Assembly (NCBI GenBank): GCA_043228905.1 | Contig: JBHGNT010000005.1 | Coordinates: 5,270,001 to 5,334,000 of the forward strand | Origin: Azolla caroliniana | Taxonomy: Eukaryota > Plantae > Polypodiophyta | Length of the DNA stretch: 64,000 bases | Direction of reading: 5' to 3' | Shown here: one piece after another, positions 10,430 through 22,098 of the stretch | Layout: every line of letters starts with the position of its first letter | Position numbering within the stretch: position 1 is the first letter of the stretch | Position numbers and translations under genes: made by a program | Notes under the pieces: model-generated | Told to the model about the DNA's origin: nothing | Database searches by the model: none | What the model saw: only the letters and a program-made list of their open reading frames with translations

Positions 10430-13204
10430 TTATAGGGGCAGTTCCCCACTATCTACTATTACCACCTTACGCTTGGGGGTGCCACTTTGAGTACCTTCCG
10501 CTTCCACCTTATAAACCACATCCATGCCACTTATCACCTTTCCAAACACTACATGTCTTCCATCCAACCTATACACACCAGCCCAGTACAGATTGTCATA
10601 CAGAAAAATACTATAGTAATCCAAAGACAATCTAGTGTATACATTAATATCTGGTATTGTATAAGAGAAAGGCAGATAAACCAAAATACCCCTAAAAGTT
10701 GTCAAATTGACCAGGAATACCACTATGTAGTTTATAATTCTGTGTTTCATGCAAGTATTCCAACAAAAAGGCTGGTGATATATTGGTGGGACAGGTATTC
10801 TGGCAGTGTTTTTGAGAAACTATGGGCACTTGCAACAGACCCTTGTACTTACCAACTTGTTTTCACAGTAGTTATGAAAAATTGGGAGCCATTGGTGTTC
10901 GACCCAGCATTTGCCATGGACAAAACACCTATTATAATAATTAACAGGATCATCAGAACATTAAGTATTATCCATGATGCATTTAAGATCTCAACAACAA
11001 TGAAGAGCATAAAATGTGGCTGTACATAAATACAAATAGCTGACCTGGGGCTGTATGCTTGATCTTGAAATTCTCATCAGCAAAACTCTCACCATAGATG
11101 GATTCTCCACCTCGTCCATCACCAAGGGTAAAATCCCCACCTTGTATCATGAAGCTAGGGATAATGCGATGGAGTTTGGACCCCTTATAATGAAGTGCTT
11201 TACCACTCCTTCCAACTCCCTTCTCACCAGTACAAAGAGCCCTGAAATTCTCTGTAATTTTGACAAAGCCATATATATACACACAATTAGAATGTGAACA
11301 CTGACAAATCCTTAGGGTTCATTTAAATAAGTTTACAGTTGAGCTGCAGGGCAAGTGTTTATCATAGAAATAAAGGAACACACCTGAATACCTTGAACCT
11401 TCTGGATACACCAGAATATCCCTAAGTTTCTGAGAAACTCATCAGAGTAACCATCTGTAGTAGTATTTTTCTACTAGGATATTCAGGTAAATATGCAAAA
11501 AGTTACAAGTATTTCAGTGTTTTGCCATGTAACAATAAATGTGTGATTGGTGGGACCAGTTTTGCAAATGCATGTGGCCAAATTATAGAGCATGGCAATG
11601 AATTTGAGCCTTGAATGCCAAAGACAATATTCCAGCACAAAGTATGAATCTAATCTTAGTAATCTACACACATGGGGCTTATATAACTTAAACCATGGGA
11701 TACAACAAAAAGAGAGATGAACTGACCTACAGTCTTTGGCACAGTTTTTCCAAATAAACCCATCACCACCCTTCCTAAAATAAGCCCAACAAAAGCACAA
11801 GAATTAGCTCCTTTTCAAGGTGTTTCAGAAAGATTAATTTGTCAACTCATATCTAGCTTTTTTACCTGTGGGCTTTCCATCGATTTCGATATCGAAGAAT
11901 ACTTTATGGGTTATCTCATCTAATTGCTCATTTTTTTTAGCCTGAAATTTTCCCATGATCATTAAATCAAAGAAATCGCAATTGTATTAAAGCTCTAAGA
12001 TTCTTTACACTATCAAACTAAAATTACGTGAAGTTGTATATAAACTCAAATTCAATATAGCATGAAAATGAAGATGGGGGAAAATGGGTAATAGGAAACT
12101 AACATATTCTATCATTTTATGATCTAATGCGACTAAGAGGGTAACATATACATTTTGTTATTTTATGATCCAACTGTAAACGTATTTCCTATCATTTGAT
12201 GATCTAGTAGTAAAGGCTTAACATTAAGGTTAAGATTTCCCACCTCAATATGCGCATCATGGGTAGGGACGCCTATGCTTAATAAGGTTGTTAATGTCAT
12301 ATAGCTGGGTCCTATTCCCATCAATGAAAATTTTCTATATTCTTGGTCATTAACCAGCTACATTGTCATTGTGGTATAATTTGTAGCAGATATTTTGTCT
12401 GCTTTAATATAAATTTAGCACGTGTAAATCCCATGTATCAAAAGGAAACTCAAAAGATCAGACAAAAATGGATCCAACTGATTCCCAATAGAAAAATGAT
12501 GAGATCTGAATGCATCATCTAGTTTTTCTTTAATACATATAAATTCAACATATTCTCGTTTAAATGCATATAAATTCAACATCTTTCTCTCTGCCCCTTC
12601 AAATCTTTCGCTTGGAAAGAAAGCAGGAAAATGTCTCCAACATATACATATGTCGATTCCGAATTTCACATATTCTCGTTTAAATGCATATAAATTCAAC
12701 ATCTTTTCCCTGTCCCTTCGAATCTTTCGCTTGGAAAGAAAGCAGGAAAATGTCTCCAACATATACATATGTCGATTCCGAATTTCACATATTCTCGTTT
12801 AAATGCATATAAATTCAACATCTTTCTCCCTGTCCCTTCGAATCTTTCGCTTGGAAAGAAAGCAGGAAAATGTCTCCAACATATACATATGTCGATTCCG
12901 AATTTCACATATTCTCGTTTAAATGCATATAAATTCAACATCTTTCTCCCTGTCCCTTCGAATCTTTCGCTTGGAAAGAAAGCAGGAAAATGTCTCCAAC
13001 ATATACATATGTGGATTCAGAATTTCCGTATCGATCACGCTACTGTTTCACAGATCTAGGGAAAACACAGTAGACAAAAAAGAGCGAAAAAAAAAGAGGC
13101 AAAGATTTCGTTTTTTTGAGTACCTGAAGAGTAGTAAGGAAAGAAGCAGAGGAGAAGAGAATCAGTGCGATCCAGATGGACACCAAGGGGAGGGTATTGG
13201 CCAT
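10430..13204 (-). CDS. Cyclophilin-type peptidyl-prolyl cis-trans isomerase with signal peptide (CYP20-1/CYP19-4-like); exons approx. 13204-13124, 11941-11866, 11774-11727, 11251-11045, 10928-10853, 10568-10430
   Basis: Spliced translation gives [17 protein letters not shown]..., [81 protein letters not shown]. All introns are GT-AG and in frame. Confidence 0.95.
12536..13012. repeat. 119-120-bp tandem repeat, about 4 units, in cyclophilin intron 1 (about 2 units in the second copy, 56540-56778)
   Basis: Unit CATATAAATTCAACATCTTTCTCCCTGTCCCTTCGAATC...ATTCTCGTTTAAATG is repeated almost identically. Confidence 0.95.
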
Positions 13205-14963
13205 GGGGTCTCTCTCTGTGCTCTGCTTCTTCAGAAAAGAAAGAAAGAGAGAAAGAAAGAAATAGCAGGCAGCAGCTACCAAGTGAGAGGAGATGTGTGT
13301 CTTTACTTACTCGCTCACTGGCAGTGGCTCCCGAGAGAGAGATGGACGGACGGACGGGTTAGGGTTTTATTTCTTGTCCACAATGTGAACACGCACAGAC
13401 GCCCACAAAACCTACACACCGTTCCTCTTTGTCTTCTTCAATCTTCTCTATGTCTTGTATGTCTATCTATAGAAGGACCACTTGTTTCTCACAAACCTCG
13501 GCACAACGATTTCTCAGTAACCCCCCCTATCCATCCTTCTATCCAGCCACAGGCCTTTGTCCGCCCATTGCTTTATGGCAATTGGGGTTTGTCCATCCTT
13601 CTATCCACCCCACGAGCCTTTGTCCACCCATTGCCTTTTGGTAATTGGGGGCTGGATTTCGTCCAACGTCACCATCTGCCCTACTCTCTGAGCCCATGTA
13701 GTTTCTATTCTCCTCTCTTTTAATTCTCCGGCACCGCATCCTTGGACCCACACGTTTGATCTTATGGACATGGTTACCACCTGTTTGCACCGTTTCCTAA
13801 TCGAAGTGTGTGTGCTTGTCTATAGTGCGTGTTTTTACATTCCCATTTTGGTCTATGTGTTCGTTCGTTCACCTTCAAAAACAACATTTACAATGTCAGC
13901 ACACACACACACACCTCTTTATAAAATGGTGCTTTTAGTGTCACGTAAGACACGGTGGTTTAATAACATACCATGTGCTTTTCTCAAACAAGCTTACAGA
14001 ATATTCTAAAATGATGTTTTGTTGAGGTTATAGAATATTTGCCCATGATGTTTCTATAAAGGTTACAAAAGCTTATAAAATATTCGCCAATATCAAGCTT
14101 ATAGAATATTCTCTAATGATGTCATGAAGCCTCGTATATTGCTTAAGGTACTTTCTTATATAGGTTTGTAGTCTCATATGAGAATGACTAGGTTCGATGT
14201 ATGCTGCAACCAAATGTGCAAATAGCTTAAGTGCACAAAATCAAGGACATGTAATGGAACTTTCATCAACATAAATCAAGTATATGCAATGATGAGATAA
14301 CGTAAAGAAGGCATCTCGCTATATTCTATAGTTGGGCTCAAACAGTGTTAACTACAACTAAAAACTTTGCCAATGTCATGTGACGATGGATCAAGATTTC
14401 ACCTCACGAACAATGCAAAAGAGATTCAAACACATACATACATATATACGTGCCTATATTGTAGGAATGTCTCGTTGGGAATGTGTGAAGGGGAACCGTA
14501 GTAAGTTTTGCTTGGAAACACATAAAATGTAGCTGCTCATAAGAGGCTCAAACATAAACAAAAGAGATGATAAGGAATGGTGGCATGGTTTTCTTCAAGG
14601 GCGTTTGTTTGAACACGTTCTCTTATTACACACAATGTTAACTATAGATAGAGATAGAGATAGAGATACATATAGTGATAAATATAGTGATAAATATAGT
14701 GCTGATTTCTAAATATAGAGACAGATAGATAGATAGGCTTTTGCCCATCCATTCATTCATTCATTTAGTCATTCATTCTTCGGACATGCACATGCAAAAA
14801 AACATAAAAACAAAAAATGGACCACTTCAAATATAAATACATAATAACTCCTCAGGGGTTTCTTCTTCATTATCATTAGGGTTTAGAACAAACAGAGCAG
14901 AACAGAACAGAACAGAACAAAACCAGAAGGAGAAGATAAAAGAAGAGGAAGAAGGAAGAATCG
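13205..14963. promoter_or_regulatory. Divergent cyclophilin/peroxiredoxin intergenic region with telo-boxes and a TATA-like box
   Basis: TTAGGGTTT at 13359-13367 and 14876-14884, TATAAATA at about 14832, and a two-copy ~63-bp repeat at about 13530-13650. Confidence 0.55.
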
Positions 14964-15695
14964 ATGGCCATGGCTAGATCTGCAGTCGCTCCTCTCCTCG
15001 CGTCTCAGTGCGCCGCAGGTCTTCCCAGGCTCCCCTCATCCTCTTTCTCGTCGTCTCGGTATGTACTCTCTCCTCTCCCCAAATCGGTCTCTTCTTTTTC
15101 CTTCAATCTCCGAGGTGGAATCGTGAGACGAAGCAGCAGAACCTTCTCCTACCCCTTGGCCATGGCTTCTTCCTCTGTGACCACAGAGAGCTCGGTTGAA
15201 TCCAAAACCATCTCCGTCGGAGATAAGCTCCCCGAAGCAACGTTCGCTTATCTCGACAAAGAAGGTCAAGTTCAGACCGTGACCGTATCGGATCTCACGA
15301 AAGGCAAGAAAGCGGTGTTTTTCGCAGTTCCCGGAGCTTTCACTCCGACCTGTTCTCAGAAGCACTTACCAGGGTTTGTAGAGAAAGCCGATGAGCTCAG
15401 ATCAAAAGGTGTGGATACCATAGCTTGTATATCTGTGAATGACGTGTTTGTGATGAGAGCATGGGGAGAGAACCTGAGCACAGGCGATAAGGTTCTTCTT
15501 CTCTCCGATGGGAACTTGAACTTCACGAAAGCTATAGGTGCAACTCTGGACTTGAGTGATAAGCCCGTCGGTCTTGGTGTCAGGTCGAGAAGGTACTCTC
15601 TCCTCGCCGAGGATGGAGTGGTGAGAGTTCTCCATCTCGAAGAAGGTGGATCTTTCACTACCAGTGGAGCTGATGATATTTTGAAAGCCTTGTAG
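14964..15695 (+). CDS. PRXIIE: Type II peroxiredoxin, plastid-targeted (PrxIIE-like), intronless
   Basis: Ser/Arg-rich transit-peptide-like N-terminus, [17 protein letters not shown] peroxidatic motif, [19 protein letters not shown]. Confidence 0.93.
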   Translation: MAMARSAVAPLLASQCAAGLPRLPSSSFSSSRYVLSPLPKSVSSFSFNLRGGIVRRSSRTFSYPLAMASSSVTTESSVESKTISVGDKLPEATFAYLDKEGQVQTVTVSDLTKGKKAVFFAVPGAFTPTCSQKHLPGFVEKADELRSKGVDTIACISVNDVFVMRAWGENLSTGDKVLLLSDGNLNFTKAIGATLDLSDKPVGLGVRSRRYSLLAEDGVVRVLHLEEGGSFTTSGADDILKAL

Positions 15696-16892
15696 ATTCT
15701 CTTGGGAGTTCAGTATTAAGGTTTGTCTAAAGAAAGAAAGGCATAATTATGTTGCATTGTCTAGCTCGGCAAGGCGAAAGAAGGAAAATTTTGGTTTGCA
15801 TGCATAAATATATGTATATGTTCTACCTAGTCTTCTATATGAGAAAATGCTACTTTGGTCCTTGAATTCATATATGTATTTATTGTTATTCCTAAACTTA
15901 TATATGAGTACTATTCCTACTGCTTTTTGAAATTTCCCCGAATTTCAATATTTCATGTATGTTTTCCTATTTCGTACTTATATATATAGTTATCTATACA
16001 GTACTGTTATATACACATGATACGTTTTTGAGAGGTAATTAACCCTCTGTAGCTATTGTGTTTGTGCATTGCAGGCATCCTTTCCTAAGGGTTGAGAGTA
16101 ATTTGATGTATATACAAATAAGAATTCAAAGCTTCTTTAGGAATTATGTGCATGGCTTACGTAGGATTGGAAGAGTTGATTGATGTTTTATCCGGATCTA
16201 TATAAACGCTCACATGGCAAGAACAATGTCCCATATGTTTCTGGTTTCTAATATACTAAAGGATAATACTGTTGGCAAGCCATTGCTTTTTCTTATTTCT
16301 CAGGAAGGTTATTATTCGTGTTTCTCTTTTAAACTAGAGTGTGTTAAATAATCACCAAATTTGCATTCTTTGATAAAATCACCACAATGTTAAAGATCTT
16401 TTGTAGCTTCATTTTGCAATACATGATGCACACCTCTTGTGTACTTTATCTCCATTGGATTATCTACTTGTATCTTTGGGTTGATATGCATTACGGATAA
16501 CATGGTAAGAATATTATTCTTATCATCACATTTTAATGGCTAATATGATGCGAATAACCTATAATAACCTATATAAATGGACATGGACATGCAGATTTGT
16601 AAATGAACTACGGTCAGAAATGAAATAATAAGGGACTCAAGAGGATGGTTTGTGAAATTGCTGCAAGTTTGAAGTTGATCTCTTTCATTATCCTTGAAGC
16701 TTTCCTTTTGGTAGAGTTTAAAATTTTGGAGATGCATGTATTTAGCCTCTTCAGTATGTACATGCATTATGTTTAGGAGAATTAGACATGAAAGTCAGTG
16801 AAAAGTATTAAAGAAGACGAATGGGATGAAGGGTGCTTACCATAGTGTTTAGCCTCTTTGAGTGAATGACGAGAGACAGTATTAACATCCAG

Positions 16893-17173
16893 TGTCATCT
16901 ACCTCTAAATTTGTCCTACTTTTGTAGTTGGCCATTAACAGGACTAATGAGAGCCTTAGATTCATTGGAATTAGTTTTTAGAGTTGGTTGATTAGGCTAT
17001 GCTGTTATATGAGAGCCTGTCATCTACCTCTAAATTTTTCCGTCTACTTTTGTAAGTTGGCCATTAATAGGACTCATGAGAGCCTCTTCCTCACTAATTT
17101 GGGAGTAATGAGAGCCTTAGATTCATTGAAATTAGTTTTCAGAGTTGGTCGATTAGGCTATGCTGTTATATGA
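16893..17173 (+). repeat. Two-copy imperfect tandem duplication (~120-155 bp)
   Basis: TGTCATCTACCTCTAAATTT...GATTAGGCTATGCTGTTATATGAG occurs twice. Confidence 0.85.
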
Positions 17174-20100
17174 GTTCTCGGTCCTTACACAAGTTTTATA
17201 CAAGTTCAGGGATAACTGAATTCTCAGTAATCCATCTGTTCACTTTAATTAGTCTTTACAATTAGCTCAAATTAGCGCTACAATACATTCTGGTTATCCT
17301 TGAATTCTAGCAAAACTGTATTCTCACTTTATCCATATATTGTCCAGTTGTGCTTGCAACAATTGGTTTAAAGCTTGTGAATATCAAAGTGGTGAGAGTA
17401 CTCTTGCCTATCATTGTATGCCTTTTCTCATATAAGAGCCAGGTCATATGTTAAAAAGGACAGTTTGGTCGTTTTGATTATTATACAAATGCATCTTGTG
17501 ACCTATTACTAGAGGGCCAAGTGTTATTTTGTATTCATGGCAGTATGGTTCGTTCAATATCTAATACAGTTAAATATCATGAACCAATAAGCATCAATAT
17601 TTTATTTTGTCATTCTTTTGTTTTCATGATATTGCTAAAATTGTTGTTGAGCGGCAACAATTAAAAAGGTTAGTCCCAACACACACATCAAAATGAATGA
17701 ATTAATTGTACTTCTTTTGTTTTGTTAATGTTTGGACCCATAGTAATTCTTGAAATGTGGGACATTGGCTTTGAGTCATGGAATTCATGGCATTCTACAT
17801 GTATTCTAACCCTACTCTCTTATTTGGTATATAAATGTATAGCCTCATTTGAGTGATGAACGAAGTGTATGGTGTTCCGAGATCTTGGAAACTTTACATC
17901 ATGTTATGACATGGAGGGGTGATTTCATTTGTGTATATAATATAATGTTAATGTGGTTTTTATAATTATAAGTGGATTGATCGATAGAAAGATTAAGCAT
18001 TGCCAATTAAGGGCTAATTGTCAATAATAATCTTATGACTCACAGTACAATGATTGTGTCATTTCTACTTAAAACACTCACCATCAACTTACTCTTAACA
18101 AGATAGAAAGGAAATCCAATGCAATTACTCTCTATCCCTAATTACTATGTTCACGTTCTTTTGAGAGCCTCTCTCAAATCATGTAATGGTATAGATAAAT
18201 AAACCAAATTATGTGTATGCATAATTATGTGCAAGGTGTATGTTTGTGACAATGTGATGCAGACAAATAAAGCTAATTAATCACAACAATCTTGACCTCC
18301 AACATTTTGATGAACTTTATGAGTAATTCATATGAAGCATATAATAGTGAGGGTATATTTGCAAAAGGACTTTTTTTTTCAGAAGGTACGCAAGCACAAC
18401 TGTCCAGACATCTTAAAACCTGGAAACATATTAACATAGTAATTCAAATGATGGTATCATGGAAGAGTTTTTCCCAATGAGAGAACATAATGCACTTGCT
18501 TTTCTTAATAATGTATGGATAATATATACTGACGAGCTAGTAATATCTACTATGGACCATTTTACCCTTGGTACATATTTTAAGTCATTTCTGGTTATTA
18601 TTTCGTAGCCTTGGGTTAGGTTCTAGTTTTATTGTCAACCTACCATTCTCTTTTTGTGCTCCTTTTGTGTTTCTAAAAGTTATTTATATAGGTGGTGCTC
18701 CCCTTGTTGGCATTTGTAGCATGGATATTAGTACTCTTTAGGCTTGATACTTTGAAGATCCCCTAAACATAGCAAAACTATTAGAATTTTCTAGCAATGT
18801 TGGTCATAATATTTACTTTGAATCAAACTCAATTATTCAAACGGATAAGGGTATTGGGACATAAGGAGGATAATCATCCTCTCCATCATTGTAGATACCC
18901 TATACTCTTATAGTCTCCAATATAATACAATTAGGAACATCATGAATAACACCTAAGTTCGAGTCCATCTTCAATTTACTTGGAAAGCAAGAAGGATAAG
19001 CAACCCCTATGTTGATGGTGATACTCTATTATACTTATCATCTTGAGTATAATACAATTAGGGCCATCATGCATAACACTTAAGTTTGAGTTCATCTTCA
19101 ATTTACCATGAACACATTTGACTACGAAGCTTAGTTTGAGCCGTTAATTGACCCTTGAGAATAATACTCCATGGTTAGTTGTCATTTGTAGTTGATACCC
19201 CTTGACTCAATGAGAATTATTGGCAAACAATTAACCTTTCTCTCAAAAGATGGGCTATAACATTTAGTACTACCTACCGTTTTGTGATAACATACTCGTC
19301 TGTAATTTAAACATAAAATAAGACTAGAAGCTATCAAAGGTAATATTATGCTACAACTATAAAGATAGTCAAGTCAAGTCACATTAATAATACTTTCACA
19401 AAAATAAACAAGATGAATGAGAGCCATGTTTAAAAGAAAGGAACCTTTTTTCAATAAAAGTTTGTGGATATGCTTGTTTTTAATTTTGTCACATTTAAAC
19501 ATGACGAATTGAAATAATAGGAGCCACGTTTAACTAAAAGGAACCAACTTCTATAAGTGGTCCTAGATATGATTGAGATTATTGACCAAAGTTGAATAAG
19601 ATCATATTAACTTAAGAAGTCCAAGATAAGCATATTTTTAGAGCAATTCGGAATAATAAAAACTCTTGGTTACTACTTGAAACGATCTTCTGTCGGTTCG
19701 TGTAAATTTCTAAAAAGTTCATCTATTGTGCTTTGACATAAAGTATTTGTCTTCACTTCATGATATTGCATTGCAAAACTCAGGAATTTCAAACACCTTT
19801 TGATAATAAAGGGAGCAATGTAACTTTTACTATACATGATTCAGCCACCCCCAAACAAAAGGTAAAGACATTATTAAAGGTTTGGGTATCATTGTTAATA
19901 ATTCAAAAAACGTGTCCGCCGTAGTAAGGCCTCAGACATTGAAAGGATCATAAAAGAGATTTCAAGAAATTGCTTGACGTGACCTTAGACGAAGGTGTGT
20001 TAATATCACTAAAGGAGAATATGTGGAAATGCTAATTACTATCATTTCTATAAAATGCAATTTTTTGTAGTTTTTAAAGTTCCCCCAAGTCATCTTAAAC

Positions 20101-20323
20101 AAATTTTCTGTGGCACAAAAGTTGCGCTATGAAATAGGACAAACAACCCAATCAAATAAATATTTCAGCAAGAGGTTTGCGATGTTAGATTAAGCCTTAG
20201 AGGTGCCAACATTGTACATGGAATTTCAATGGCTTTCTCAACATATTTTAGATATCTATGTTGGTCCGACGAGGCACACATCTGAAATATCATAAGATCG
20301 GGCTTGCATAGCCACAAGACATC

Positions 20324-20325
<2 letters not shown>

Positions 20326-20403
<78 letters not shown>

Positions 20404-20585
20404 ATGAATGATGATGGATATTAGGGCAAGGAGGATAGGTAGGAACCGAAACAAAAGACAGAAGAAAGACATTTGGGGACATCTGATAAAGAGAGAGAGA
20501 GAAAGAAAGAAAGATATATTGTCGTTTTCTAAGGCCAAAATTGGCCCATGAGACAAATGGTTTACAACAAAAAATGGGATATTTA

Positions 20586-20621
<36 letters not shown>

Positions 20622-20695
20622 GAATGAATGACGATGGATGCTAGGACATAGGTAGGGACTGAAACAAAAGAGAGAAGAAAGACATTGGGGAATGA
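20326..20695 (+). repeat. Long (GA)n microsatellites, each followed by a related ~80-bp unit
   Basis: (GA)n at about 20326-20402 and 20588-20621, both followed by ATGAATGA.GATGGAT...GAAACAAAAGA.AGAAGAAAGACATT.GGGGA. Confidence 0.85.
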
Positions 20696-21147
20696 AGATA
20701 TCGAAACAAATGGTCGATCACAAAAGAATGTGGACATTGAATGGGAATCAAGGGTGATAAATATATGTATGTAATAGGGACTCGAATTTGTGAGAGCTGA
20801 AGATAAGGGAACCCCAACTAATGGTGGGGGGATACAAACTCAAAGAAAAGCTTCCAAAGGGTATATTGGTAAACACAAAAAAAGAAAGAAAAAAGCTTCC
20901 AAAGGGTATATTGGTAAAAACAAAAAAAAGGAGGCCTTGTGATGGACAGAAGAAAGTTAAAGACTAAAAAAAAGAATAAAAAGAAAAACAGAGAGACAGA
21001 GATACAGAGATACAGAGGAAAAGAAAGAGATGAGATTGATTCCCTTCTTTCCTTTTTAAGGCACTATAAATACAACACACCCACAATCAGACAGAGGAAG
21101 AGAAGAGCAGAGACAGAGGAAGTGCCTATAAAAGAAGGGGAGGGGAG

Positions 21148-21178
<31 letters not shown>

Positions 21179-21180
21179 GC

Positions 21181-22098
21181 ATGGGTTTCTCTGAGACTCT
21201 GAGCTTTGTGAAGAAGTATCCGATCACCCTGTGTGGGTTTTCATTGCTCTTCATGCCCTCCGTCCACCAGCTCCTCCTCTACTTCACACCCCTTCTCCTC
21301 TCCACAGGCATCTTCGTGGTGGCCATGCTCACCTCTGCTAATCCCAGCAACAACACTACAACATACTCCCATCATGATGATGAAGATAATTATGATGATG
21401 CCCCCCCCCATCCTCGCGCCCATGGTTTTGAGACCTTTGGATTTGTAGGAGGAGATGCCGGCGAATCCGATGGTTGGGGTGCCCATCTCGAACGAGAACC
21501 CCAATTCTTAATGGCAACATCTACTACCCATAGACTCCTCCGCCCGAGAAAAGCTCGGCTCACCCACAAGTGCGCAGAGGCCAAGCAGGAGACCCATGAG
21601 TGCGAAATGCCGGCCGCCGAATCCGATCCGACCCCGCACCTGTCTGATAACCCCCTAGCAAGCGCCGAACCGGATCCGGACTTGTGCGAACAGCCCCTAG
21701 CACGCGCCGAGCCGGACCCGGACTTGTGTGAACAGCCCCTAGCAAGGTCCCAGCCGGATCCGGACTTGTGCGAAAATCCCCTAGCAAGGTCCGAGCCAGA
21801 CCCAGACTTGTGCGAAAAGCCCCTAGCAAGGTCCGAGCCGGACCCGGACTTGTGCGAAAAGCCCCTAGCAAGGTCCGAGCCGGACCCGGACTTGTGCAAA
21901 AAGCCCCTAGCAAGGTCCGAGCCGGACCCAGACTTGTGTGAAAAACCCCTAGCAAGGTCCGAGCCGGATCCGGACTTGTGCGAAAAGCCCCTAGCAAGGT
22001 CCGAACCGGACCCGGACTTGTGCGAAAAGCCCCTAGCCGGTGTTGAGCCAGAATTGTATGTGGAACCCATCCTCGTGGACGGGGCGCGCCACTTGTAA
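21181..22098 (+). CDS. Unknown protein: N-terminal hydrophobic hairpin followed by an acidic linker and nine 14-aa tandem repeats
   Basis: 305-aa GC-rich ORF against an AT-rich background. TATA-like TATAAA motifs at about 21065 and 21127, (GA)n leader. The N-terminus KKYPITLCGF..LLLYFTPLLLSTGIFVVAML resembles from memory the N-terminal membrane segment of a plant uncharacterised family (At5g17910-like); not verified. Confidence 0.7.
   Translation: MGFSETLSFVKKYPITLCGFSLLFMPSVHQLLLYFTPLLLSTGIFVVAMLTSANPSNNTTTYSHHDDEDNYDDAPPHPRAHGFETFGFVGGDAGESDGWGAHLEREPQFLMATSTTHRLLRPRKARLTHKCAEAKQETHECEMPAAESDPTPHLSDNPLASAEPDPDLCEQPLARAEPDPDLCEQPLARSQPDPDLCENPLARSEPDPDLCEKPLARSEPDPDLCEKPLARSEPDPDLCKKPLARSEPDPDLCEKPLARSEPDPDLCEKPLARSEPDPDLCEKPLAGVEPELYVEPILVDGARHL
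21652..22050 (+). repeat. Coding 42-bp tandem repeat (PLARSEPDPDLCEK), 9 full units plus degenerate flanks
   Basis: Unit CCCCTAGCAAGGTCCGAGCCGGACCCGGACTTGTGCGAAAAG repeats directly, and many differences fall at third codon positions of the + frame. Confidence 0.95.

Noticed and set aside
11420-11450. Hammerhead ribozyme-like CTGATGAG...GAAAC on the minus strand of a cyclophilin intron
   Set aside because: The GAAAC pairs with GTTTC itself, so there is no stem II followed by a free GAAA, and I find no stems I or III.
12923-13723. 266-aa ORF antisense to cyclophilin exon 1
   Set aside because: No recognisable domain, built from promoter and repeat sequence, and frameshifted in the second copy.
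10430-15695. Cyclophilin-peroxiredoxin pair as a functional redox module
   Set aside because: Such interactions are known for proteins in the same compartment, but here one has a signal peptide and the other a plastid transit peptide. Adjacency alone is not evidence.
21652-22050. CRISPR-like array
   Set aside because: Units are contiguous with no unique spacers, lie in a coding frame, and the DNA is eukaryotic with no cas genes.
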